Below are positions 39,811 to 47,607 of a stretch of 64,000 bases of DNA, in pieces. Position 1 is the stretch's first letter, and every line of letters begins with the position of its first letter. Under the pieces are notes generated by a model, which saw only the letters and a list, made by a program, of their open reading frames with translations, was not told where the DNA came from and ran no database searches. Source of the DNA: Candidatus Zixiibacteriota bacterium (GTDB taxonomy: Bacteria; Zixibacteria; MSB-5A5; JAABVY01; JAHJOQ01); the NCBI GenBank assembly GCA_018820315.1, contig JAHJOQ010000092.1:6591-70590 (forward strand), given 5' to 3'. The position numbers and the translations under genes were made by a program.

Positions 39811-40677
39811 TCAGTTCTCTCTTTCAACTTCAATGGAGCATCTTCCGGGCGGAACATCTTCCTCCCTCGCAGTGCCATCTCCGCCAAATGTACCTCGTCG
39901 CTGGCTTCCGTCAGCAAGATGGAGAATGTAGCTCTCGTTTCCGGTATAGTTGAGAACTCTGATCTCAATCCAATCCTTGAAGATCAATAACCCCGATTCT
40001 TGCTCCCGCCCATACTCAATATCATTGAGCTTGATCGTGAAGAAGTACTCCGGGGAATTGTAATTGCGACCGTACTCCTGCATCTCTTCTTCTGTCGGAA
40101 TTTCGTCAGTATCTTCGTGATATTCGTATTCCCATTCCTGTTCGATTTTATCATCGATCACTTCAGCCCTCAGCTCAGTGATCTTGTCATGAGCACTGTC
40201 GCGATCATATTCATAGATGGTAAGCATCACCTCGGTATGGGGGCGAACATTCCTCACATCGGCTGAGAGTGTGAGCGTGTCGCCTCTGCGAGCCTCGCTC
40301 TGACTCCATCTCATGTTCGAAATCTCCGGAGGAGGCACAACGGGTATTCTGTCCGATTCACCGTCCAGTCCGTTGTCTGGAAGCTTGACCTCGAAGTATA
40401 TCTGATCGTCTATTTCGGTGTCTTCCGGGATCTCGAATTCGCCGTCGTAAACGTTGTTGCTGATTGTGGCGCTGATCTTGCCAAGATTCTCGCCATTCTC
40501 GCTCTTACCTTTGATCTTGATCTTAGCGCCGTTACCGACGAACGCCGTCCCAATCGTGAAGCCGGCAGTCTGACCTGCAATAGCCGCGCCCCGTTTCCAG
40601 ACCGCATAGATCAGCGACGAATCGAGCTCGATCTCGTGTTCTTCGTCGGTGCTTTTGTTGAAAGTCAGATCAGGCAT
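39811..40677 (-). CDS. hypothetical acidic protein (288 aa) in T6SS accessory region
   Basis: Long ORF with good coding periodicity, co-oriented and tightly packed with neighbours. No recognisable motif. Confidence 0.4.
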   Translation of the reverse strand: MPDLTFNKSTDEEHEIELDSSLIYAVWKRGAAIAGQTAGFTIGTAFVGNGAKIKIKGKSENGENLGKISATISNNVYDGEFEIPEDTEIDDQIYFEVKLPDNGLDGESDRIPVVPPPEISNMRWSQSEARRGDTLTLSADVRNVRPHTEVMLTIYEYDRDSAHDKITELRAEVIDDKIEQEWEYEYHEDTDEIPTEEEMQEYGRNYNSPEYFFTIKLNDIEYGREQESGLLIFKDWIEIRVLNYTGNESYILHLADGSQRRGTFGGDGTAREEDVPPGRCSIEVEREN

Positions 40678-41116
40678 CGTCTACTTCTGCAATTTCGTAC
40701 GTTCCGGGTACGAGGGCTTCGATCAGTTTCATCATTCCGACGCCGACAGTCTTCAATGTCTTCTTCGAAAACTCACCGGAAAATGTGAACCCGATTCCGT
40801 CTTTTATCACAAAGACATATTTGTGGATAGCTTGTACTCCGCCGGATGGTGTCCACCTATAGACGAATTCGTGCGCCTGATTGCCTCGATCGAGAGTGAT
40901 AGCTTCATCTTTGAGAACATCAACTCCTTGAAGAGTCGATTTTATCGGATCGATCCACTCCTTCGCGAAGTCGGCAACATCGAGATGTTGAAGCTGTCTG
41001 TTCAGCACAAGTGTCACCTGATGTGCAGTCTCGCCGTCGCTCGGTCCTCGAAAATGATAAACGGTTTGATCTTCCCAGCCACGGGGAATGTCCAGCTTGA
41101 AAATAGTCTCACTCAT
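40670..41116 (-). CDS. hypothetical small cytoplasmic protein (148 aa); adaptor/chaperone or immunity candidate
   Basis: Co-oriented, 8-nt overlap with the downstream gene. Compact alpha/beta-like composition. No signal peptide. Confidence 0.4.
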   Translation of the reverse strand: MSETIFKLDIPRGWEDQTVYHFRGPSDGETAHQVTLVLNRQLQHLDVADFAKEWIDPIKSTLQGVDVLKDEAITLDRGNQAHEFVYRWTPSGGVQAIHKYVFVIKDGIGFTFSGEFSKKTLKTVGVGMMKLIEALVPGTYEIAEVDDA

Positions 41117-41118
41117 AG

Positions 41119-42027
41119 TTACTTCTCTAATGACCTGATGAAGCGTTCCGCCTCTTTAACTTGTCCTTCACTATATATCAGAAACTCATCTGTTTCGAAC
41201 GAGAAGGGTCTGTCATACCATACAGCGATAAGATTGATTGCTGCGTCGCATACACGGGCGAACTCCGGGTCCGCTTCGGGATGGCCGATGTCATACGCAT
41301 CTGAAGTATCGGCGAGGGCTGGGAGGAGACGTGAAGCGAGTCGCTTATCACTTATGTATTCCAGAGCAAGAATGACATCATAGCGACCCTCAAGAGGGGG
41401 AGTATCGATCTGAGACGCAAATTCATTCTTGAATTCCTCGTCGCCAAGCCTGGCCATGGCCAGTTTGATCTGTTTTCCCACGTTTGCATCGTCTTCCTGA
41501 TCAAGTTGTTTCCGGAGAGGCTTCATCGCACTCGCATCATCGATTCTACCGATCAATCGAGCTACGCCGCCCCTCACCACCGCATCTGTGTTGCTTAGGT
41601 TTGCTATCAAACCCTGCAGGATAGCACTGCTGATGCGAGAGCGGATGGACTGCAGAGCCGACGCGCGGACTTGAGCATCTTTGTCCCACAGGGCTTCGAC
41701 CAGAACAGTCGGGACACTCTCATCGTCGGTGAGCACCACGCAACTGAGAGCAAGCTCTCTGGTCTCGGGGTTCTCATTCTTAAGCAGCTCCAATAAGACC
41801 GGCATTGCAGGTGAACCGATCTCCTCGGCCTGGAGGAGTGCGTCATCGCTATCTTCCAGAACGGCTTTTCTAAGGCTATCGAGTTCCACTTTGTGTTCCC
41901 CTCTGCTTCTTTGCTGATCTCGGCCACCACATGCGATGTGGACGGCAACTACCAACGTCAGCACCAAGAGATACCAAGTGCTGACTCTCACGAATTTCAT
42001 CCTGTTCCTGCTGTGCCTATCAATCAA
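41119..42027 (-). CDS. HEAT/PBS-lyase repeat protein with N-terminal signal anchor (periplasmic; immunity-protein candidate)
   Basis: N-terminal TM VSTWYLLVLTLVVAVHIA. Repeated HEAT-like helical pairs (PETRELALSCVVL..., DAVVRGGVARLIGRI..., GKQIKLAMARLGD). 4-nt overlap with the upstream effector gene. Confidence 0.55.
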   Translation of the reverse strand: MIDRHSRNRMKFVRVSTWYLLVLTLVVAVHIACGGRDQQRSRGEHKVELDSLRKAVLEDSDDALLQAEEIGSPAMPVLLELLKNENPETRELALSCVVLTDDESVPTVLVEALWDKDAQVRASALQSIRSRISSAILQGLIANLSNTDAVVRGGVARLIGRIDDASAMKPLRKQLDQEDDANVGKQIKLAMARLGDEEFKNEFASQIDTPPLEGRYDVILALEYISDKRLASRLLPALADTSDAYDIGHPEADPEFARVCDAAINLIAVWYDRPFSFETDEFLIYSEGQVKEAERFIRSLEK

Positions 42028-43733
42028 GGATTCCTGTAAAAACTGGCTGACGACGCATGCCTCCGCGCATTATGACATTCATTGTCAGTTCGATCCGCTG
42101 GATTGTCTCTAATACTGATATCTGCGCCCTTATTCCGATTACCGTACCCGACGTTATGGCACCATCGATCACCCGCTCGCGACTGAAAAGGCCAGAGACC
42201 GTACATAAGTCTCTTGAGTGACCAGAAATCGGTCTTCTTGTGTGCAGAGTCGGGATCATCCTCTGAATGCGCAAGCGACGGATTTCTGAATCCATTTGCG
42301 AGCGCCATAGCATGGCCAAGTTCATGGGCGAGTGTCCTACCGATTTCGACCGCAGTCGAATTGAAGGCTCCACCCGTGCTGGCAAGGGCAATCCCCACGA
42401 GAGGCCAATTTCGATATCGCTTTGTCGAGTAGGTGATTCCGAATGCACCCTCTATATTTCGCACTACATACAGATTCAGTTTATTATCCTCAGTGGCGTG
42501 TCCCTCGGAGTCATTCGTCGTCATGATCGTGCGATATTCGGCATTTACCGATCCCCACGTTATGATGCCGGATCGCGACAGTGTCACAGCTTTTTCACGC
42601 CAGGCTGCAGTTCTGAATCTGACTCCGATTGGCCAGAGAATTTCGTTCGCAACGGCGATAGCATCATTGATCAGTGCCTGATTCCCGACTGGCGCCATTG
42701 CGCCGGTGTAATGAACACCACCCGTATCGTGGTCGGAGCCGTTTATTGTCAACCAATAGGGGCGAATAGTCTTGACTATCAGGGGAAGCACAACCACCTG
42801 AAGCGAAGCAATTTCTATTCGCTCCCGACCGCGCTTGAATTTGATCTTGACCGATGTGCTTCTCGGAACCGCTCCGCTGGGAGTCTTGGTCCGAAGCTGA
42901 AGTATGATTTCCCTGCCTGTCGGCAAAGGGTCGGGTGACACTACTTCCACGAGGGCAGTGTCCTCACTTTCCGCCATCAGTGACGTATTGCTTGCGAGGC
43001 ACTCTCTGGTCAGCTTGAGACGAAACGGCGTCTCGCGTGCCATCGTCACAACTGGCCCCTCCAAGTCAATATTGGCACATTTAGTTTCTATGAATCCTCT
43101 GACATCCGGTTCGGGAGCTCTGCCCCAGGGGCGTCCGGATGTAACCGTTGCATCAGTGTTCGACGGTGCCCTTTCGAATCGAACCAGCGAACGACGAATA
43201 ATGAAGACGTCATCAGTCGTATTGTCATCATCGGTAACCGAGTTCAATCTGGTTCGTGTTGTATTCCTGGCAATGCCGTCTGTTCTCAATCCGGTATCAG
43301 CCTGAAATCTCAGAATGGCTTCTTCCGATGCCTTGCCGAAGGTGCCGTCGACTTTGCCCGTGTAGTAACCGAGAAGCTGCAGTCTGCGTTGTATACCGGC
43401 CTGCATGGTGCCGTGCCCCACGCCTGAGTTTGCATTGCAATCGCCGAGAGTATCCCAGGCTGCCAGACAGATATCTTCGCCTGGGGCAGGTTCATTGATC
43501 TCACCATGTAGCTGCTTGACGACATAAGTTGTGCCGAGGACCGTCAATCGAGCGGTTCCGCCTTGGGCGATGCGCAGACCATAGTAGCCGTTGCCTTGCG
43601 GCCTGACCGGCGTATCCGAACCTTCAAGTGTGGCATCGCCACCATTGATAATGCTGTCGGCGTCGACGCCGGGTACTTTCTGAAAGCTTAGCAGCACATC
43701 AGCGGTCGTTGCCTCAACTTCCTGGTGACACAT
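42024..43733 (-). CDS. T6SS effector candidate: peptidoglycan-binding domain (PG_binding_1) + C-terminal HExxH zinc metallopeptidase domain, no signal peptide
   Basis: IQRRLQLLGYYTGKVDGTFGKASEEAILRFQADTGLRTDGI matches the PG-binding repeat. RTLAHELGHAMAL is a zincin HExxH site. Located immediately downstream of the PAAR gene. Confidence 0.62.
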   Translation of the reverse strand: MCHQEVEATTADVLLSFQKVPGVDADSIINGGDATLEGSDTPVRPQGNGYYGLRIAQGGTARLTVLGTTYVVKQLHGEINEPAPGEDICLAAWDTLGDCNANSGVGHGTMQAGIQRRLQLLGYYTGKVDGTFGKASEEAILRFQADTGLRTDGIARNTTRTRLNSVTDDDNTTDDVFIIRRSLVRFERAPSNTDATVTSGRPWGRAPEPDVRGFIETKCANIDLEGPVVTMARETPFRLKLTRECLASNTSLMAESEDTALVEVVSPDPLPTGREIILQLRTKTPSGAVPRSTSVKIKFKRGRERIEIASLQVVVLPLIVKTIRPYWLTINGSDHDTGGVHYTGAMAPVGNQALINDAIAVANEILWPIGVRFRTAAWREKAVTLSRSGIITWGSVNAEYRTIMTTNDSEGHATEDNKLNLYVVRNIEGAFGITYSTKRYRNWPLVGIALASTGGAFNSTAVEIGRTLAHELGHAMALANGFRNPSLAHSEDDPDSAHKKTDFWSLKRLMYGLWPFQSRAGDRWCHNVGYGNRNKGADISIRDNPADRTDNECHNARRHASSASFYRNP

Positions 43734-43740
43734 GAATCAG

Positions 43741-44916
43741 TTACCTCGGGAGTCTTCTCGCTCCTGACAAGTTGGGGAATTCGACTCGACTCTGTTCGGG
43801 CGGGATGTTCGCTTCAATTGCCTCGCCGTTACTGTCAAGAGTCCCTCTGCGGACCTCGCCGTTTGCGAAACGCACCACATAGGCCTCGGATGCGATCGGA
43901 TTTCCATTTTCGTCTTTCAGCACTATCTTGAGGCTGTCGCTGATCTGGAGCATGCCTGAACGGGCCCGGCAGCTTCCGACATCAACGATGAAGTAGAATC
44001 GCGGAAAGGCGTAGCTCTGCGTGCGAGATCTGCCGAGAGTCGGATCACCCGTCCTACCTCTGTAACGAAATGTCCACTCGGCCTCGACGTTGTCGCCGCT
44101 CGATTCAGCTTCGACCGCATCCACAAGCTCATCCGCAGCAGATGCATTCTTCTTGAATATCTGGAACACGGCCGCTGTACCCGATTCGAAGCCCGATATC
44201 CCAGCCTGCAGGGTGACCGCCTCACCGACTCTGGCCGTAGTGGCTGACCATGTGGCGCTGGTTACGGCTCTGACCGAGACTTCATAGCTGCCTTCCTGCA
44301 CGCCGCTCTGTCTGATTCTGCCTGCAAGTGCGCCTTCGGTTGTCTCGCCATCGGGGGATGTCACAGAATATCTGGCTCCCGTGATTGGTCGCCCTCCACC
44401 ATCAACGAAATTAACATCGAGATAATGCTGCTCTTCTACCTCCGCCTCGTCGGAGGTGCCCTCGCTCTGCCCGCCGCCTGCCTGGCCGCCTCCACCGCCG
44501 CCGCCCCCGCCGCCATTGCCGATCAAAACATTTGGGCTGCCGATTATTATCTTCGCCTTGTTTGTCGGAGGTTTCTGAAATGCTGTGCCTGGAGGTGTAG
44601 GGATATGTGGGGGAGTATTCGATGCCTGGCTGTCGACAGTTGCCGCTGGCAAGCCCTCGATTTTGACCGACGAGCTCAGTCCGCTGTCGAGCATTCCCAT
44701 GAATGGATGTGGCAGGGGAGTAGGTACTGGACCGCCGGGGGTCGGTACCATGACGATATGAACGTCGACACCGACGACTTGATCATTCTGCTTGGCAGCA
44801 GGCATATTGTTGATCAGAACTGTCACCGCTGTACCGATTACCGTACCGACCGGCATGTCAGTCGGATCGTTGCAGGTCATCGCCGTGTCGCCCATTCTTG
44901 CGGCAGGTTTTCCCAT
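43741..44916 (-). CDS. PAAR-domain spike-tip protein with Gly-rich linker and about 220-aa C-terminal extension
   Basis: MGKPAARMGDTAMTC...VIGTAVTVLINNMPAAKQNDQV contains literal PAAR motifs. Poly-Gly linker GGGGGGGGGGGQAGGG. Start taken at internal ATG 44916; the track uses TTG 44943. Confidence 0.72.
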   Translation of the reverse strand: MGKPAARMGDTAMTCNDPTDMPVGTVIGTAVTVLINNMPAAKQNDQVVGVDVHIVMVPTPGGPVPTPLPHPFMGMLDSGLSSSVKIEGLPAATVDSQASNTPPHIPTPPGTAFQKPPTNKAKIIIGSPNVLIGNGGGGGGGGGGQAGGGQSEGTSDEAEVEEQHYLDVNFVDGGGRPITGARYSVTSPDGETTEGALAGRIRQSGVQEGSYEVSVRAVTSATWSATTARVGEAVTLQAGISGFESGTAAVFQIFKKNASAADELVDAVEAESSGDNVEAEWTFRYRGRTGDPTLGRSRTQSYAFPRFYFIVDVGSCRARSGMLQISDSLKIVLKDENGNPIASEAYVVRFANGEVRRGTLDSNGEAIEANIPPEQSRVEFPNLSGARRLPR

Positions 44917-45029
44917 GGTTCCCCGGAGTTGTCTCTCGTTCAATCAACGGCAGAAAAGTTAAGAATGTTTGCGGCAGGAGTCAACAAATAGTTGTCAGGG
45001 GTGTTTCACCATTTGTGCTCAGATTCGAC

Positions 45030-45057
45030 TTGACAGTGCCGACAGCGTAAGTATAAT
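45030..45057 (+). promoter_or_regulatory. consensus sigma70-type promoter (TTGACA-N16-TATAAT) for tRNA-Thr
   Basis: Perfect -35 and -10 hexamers ending about 20 nt before the tRNA 5-prime end. Confidence 0.65.
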
Positions 45058-45076
45058 AGCTGGGCAAATAGTTTGG

Positions 45077-45149
45077 GCCGGCGTAACTCAGATGGTAGAG
45101 TAGCTGATTTGTAATCAGCCTGTCGGGGGTTCAAGTCCCTTCGCCGGCT
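45077..45149 (+). tRNA. tRNA-Thr (anticodon UGU)
   Basis: Hand-folded cloverleaf: acceptor GCCGGCG/CGCCGGC, D-arm ACTC-AGATGGTA-GAGT, anticodon arm GCTGA-TTTGTAA-TCAGC, T-arm GGGGG-TTCAAGT-CCCTT. No encoded CCA. Confidence 0.7.
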
Positions 45150-45311
45150 CTTTTGACTGCCTGTGACTTCCCTGCATCAGATCAGACAGCAACTGGATTC
45201 TTAGTCCATCGCTTTTGGATGTTCTTCGGCGCGAGAGGACTTACTCCGACCACAAGATGGTCTATGCGAAAGAGTCCGCGCCATCACTTGGGTTGAACCA
45301 TTCTTAAGTTA

Positions 45312-45339
45312 TTGACAATATTGAGATTTGTGGTAAATT
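45312..45339 (+). promoter_or_regulatory. candidate promoter (TTGACA-N16-TGgTAAATT extended -10) upstream of the C10 peptidase gene
   Basis: TTGACA at 45312-45317; TG-n-TAAATT at 45331-45339. Confidence 0.4.
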
Positions 45340-45409
45340 ATCGCAAGTGGGATAATATACTCGACTAAAGTAGATCGCAATAATCCTGTATATGAGAGGA
45401 GCTTCAAAT

Positions 45410-47530
45410 ATGGTCTCCAGCAACTTCGCACCAGCAACCCCGCCAAAGAGACGTGAACTCCAAAATCTCAGCATCATCTCTTGTATCCTATTTTGCATTC
45501 TTACAGTCACAATAACTCCGGTGGCCAACGCCGAACGCGCGGCACCATCTGAAATGCAGCAAGTCTGCCAAAACTGGATTACGGAAATAACGTATTCCCA
45601 TGGCTCGTGGGCAGGGGGGACAGCTCCATCGATTAGCTCCGTCGATGACATTCTGATGAATGACACGCTGCTTGCGCATGTGTACGCCATAGAGCCGTCA
45701 GGCTATGTCATAGTGCCTGTTCTCAAAGAGTTGCCACCTGTAAAAGCCTACTCTACAGTGTCGAGCTTCAATCCGAAAGACGCCGATGGATTCGCTGCGA
45801 TGATTCGCGAGGTGCTGGAGCATCATGCGCGGCTATTCGTGAATACCTACGGCAGCCTTGATGTGTCGCAATCCGGAATGGACACGGAATTATTCGGTGA
45901 AGCAAATGGGGCGGAGTGGACGCGTCTGAACGTGGATACCGATATATTCGCATCGAGCCTGGAGAGCTCCAGCCGAGCTCCGATGGAAACCCTTGGTCCG
46001 TTGGTGACCACGAGTTGGCATCAGGGGAGCCCATACAACTTGTTCTGTCCCGATGGTGACGGTGGCAGATGCATAGTAGGCTGTGTGGCGACAGCATCAG
46101 CGCAGATTCTCGCTTACTGGCAGTGGCCCTCATCTGGTTCCGGAAGCTCGAGCTACTACTGGAGCGGCGACAATTCTTGCGGCGGCAGCACACCCGGTCA
46201 CACTCTGGGGGTCGACTACTCTGATCTCTATGACTGGAACAATGTTGTTGATGTCTGCGGTAGTAGCTGCACGCAGGCGCAGAAAGAGGCCGTCGCTGAG
46301 ATTTGCTATGAAGTCGGCGTTGCATTCGAGATGGATTATGGCAAATGCGCCTCAGGAGCTTACACTGCCGATGCTCAGATGGTTTTTCCGACATACTTCA
46401 GATTTGACTCAGGTGTTTCCCGTCAGAATCGCTCTTCCCATACACCCAGTTCCTGGTTTGCGCTGATTGGCGAAGAGATTTCCGCGGGAAGGCCGATACA
46501 ATACAGAATCAACACTCATTCGATCGTCTGCGACGGCTGGCAAACGGTCGGCGAAACGAAGCAGTACCACATGAATTATGGATGGGCCGATAGCCATACA
46601 GCATGGTACTCGATCGACAACCTCTACTGCAATTGGAGCGGGTGCGATCCGATGGTCGAATACGCTATTATCGGCATTCAGCCGGAGCCCGACTCAGACA
46701 GCGACGGCTTGCTCAATTCCGATGACAATTGCCCGACTGAATATAACCCTGATCAGACGGATACTGACGGCGACGGACTCGGCGATGTCTGCGATAACTG
46801 CATGAACGACCCGAATCCTTCACAGGGAGATGTGGATGGCGACGGCATGGGCAACGTCTGCGATCCCGATGCCGACGATGACGGCATTCTCAACGAGGCC
46901 GACAACTGCGATCTCGTAATCAATCCGGCTCAGCAGGATGGCGACGGCGACGATGTCGGCGACGCATGCGATAATTGCCTTGAAGTTCAAAACCCATATC
47001 AGTACGACGAGAATTTCGACGGTGTCGGTGACGCCTGCGATGGCGAGATGCATATTCAGAGTTACATCCTGCCGGACGGCTATCTGGGTCAGCCTTATTC
47101 ATATCAATTCTGGGCGGTTGGTGGAGTGGAACCTTATACGTGGACCAAGGTTTCCGGCCAGCCTCCTTATGGTACCATATTCCAGGCTGGTGAAATCGGC
47201 ACGATCACCGGCACTCCATCGTGGCCGGGGGAGAGCTACTTACAGGTGGCGATGCAGGATTCTGATACTCCGCCAAACTACGATACCGTAGCGATCAGTA
47301 TATCTATTTACGAACTGCAGTTTCTCTGTGGCGACGCCGACAATAACTTAGCTGTCGACATTGACGATGTCGTCCATCTCGTGTCATATGTCTTCTCAGG
47401 AGGTTCGTCTCCCGATCCTGTTGAGATTGCGGATGTCGACTGTAGCGATGGTGTCGACATTGACGACATAGTGTATCTTGTAGAGTACATATTCTCTGGC
47501 GGCGCGGAGCCTTGCGCAGGCTGTCCATAG
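45410..47530 (+). CDS. secreted peptidase C10 (streptopain family) with thrombospondin type-3 Ca-binding repeats and C-terminal dockerin pair
   Basis: [12 protein letters not shown]...[17 protein letters not shown] (catalytic Cys block), HSIVCDGW (His block) and YHMNYGWAD align block-for-block with SpeB. DxDxDG TSP3 repeats ([29 protein letters not shown]...). Terminal [16 protein letters not shown] / [22 protein letters not shown] precedes ATG 45410; the track start is 45392. Confidence 0.82.
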   Translation: MVSSNFAPATPPKRRELQNLSIISCILFCILTVTITPVANAERAAPSEMQQVCQNWITEITYSHGSWAGGTAPSISSVDDILMNDTLLAHVYAIEPSGYVIVPVLKELPPVKAYSTVSSFNPKDADGFAAMIREVLEHHARLFVNTYGSLDVSQSGMDTELFGEANGAEWTRLNVDTDIFASSLESSSRAPMETLGPLVTTSWHQGSPYNLFCPDGDGGRCIVGCVATASAQILAYWQWPSSGSGSSSYYWSGDNSCGGSTPGHTLGVDYSDLYDWNNVVDVCGSSCTQAQKEAVAEICYEVGVAFEMDYGKCASGAYTADAQMVFPTYFRFDSGVSRQNRSSHTPSSWFALIGEEISAGRPIQYRINTHSIVCDGWQTVGETKQYHMNYGWADSHTAWYSIDNLYCNWSGCDPMVEYAIIGIQPEPDSDSDGLLNSDDNCPTEYNPDQTDTDGDGLGDVCDNCMNDPNPSQGDVDGDGMGNVCDPDADDDGILNEADNCDLVINPAQQDGDGDDVGDACDNCLEVQNPYQYDENFDGVGDACDGEMHIQSYILPDGYLGQPYSYQFWAVGGVEPYTWTKVSGQPPYGTIFQAGEIGTITGTPSWPGESYLQVAMQDSDTPPNYDTVAISISIYELQFLCGDADNNLAVDIDDVVHLVSYVFSGGSSPDPVEIADVDCSDGVDIDDIVYLVEYIFSGGAEPCAGCP

Positions 47531-47607
47531 TCTCCCTGCCCTGCGAAGGCCTGCAAATGTGACTATTGATCGGGCGGCTCATTTCAATGAGACCGGAGGA
47601 ATACAAC

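Noticed and set aside
42267-42938. 223-aa plus-strand ORF
   Set aside because: Antisense to the PG-binding metallopeptidase effector gene. Low-complexity translation with no start context.
44425-44991. 188-aa plus-strand ORF
   Set aside because: Antisense to the PAAR gene. Its translation is Ala/Cys/Arg-rich reverse-frame noise from the poly-Gly codon tract.
45768-46394. 208-aa minus-strand ORF
   Set aside because: Antisense shadow within the C10 peptidase gene. The Arg/His/Ser-rich translation is typical of a reverse frame.
46700-47050. Short near-periodic DNA repeats in the TSP3 region (gacggcgacgg motifs)
   Set aside because: The periodicity is explained by the DxDxDG thrombospondin type-3 codons of the protein, not by a noncoding repeat or CRISPR-like array.
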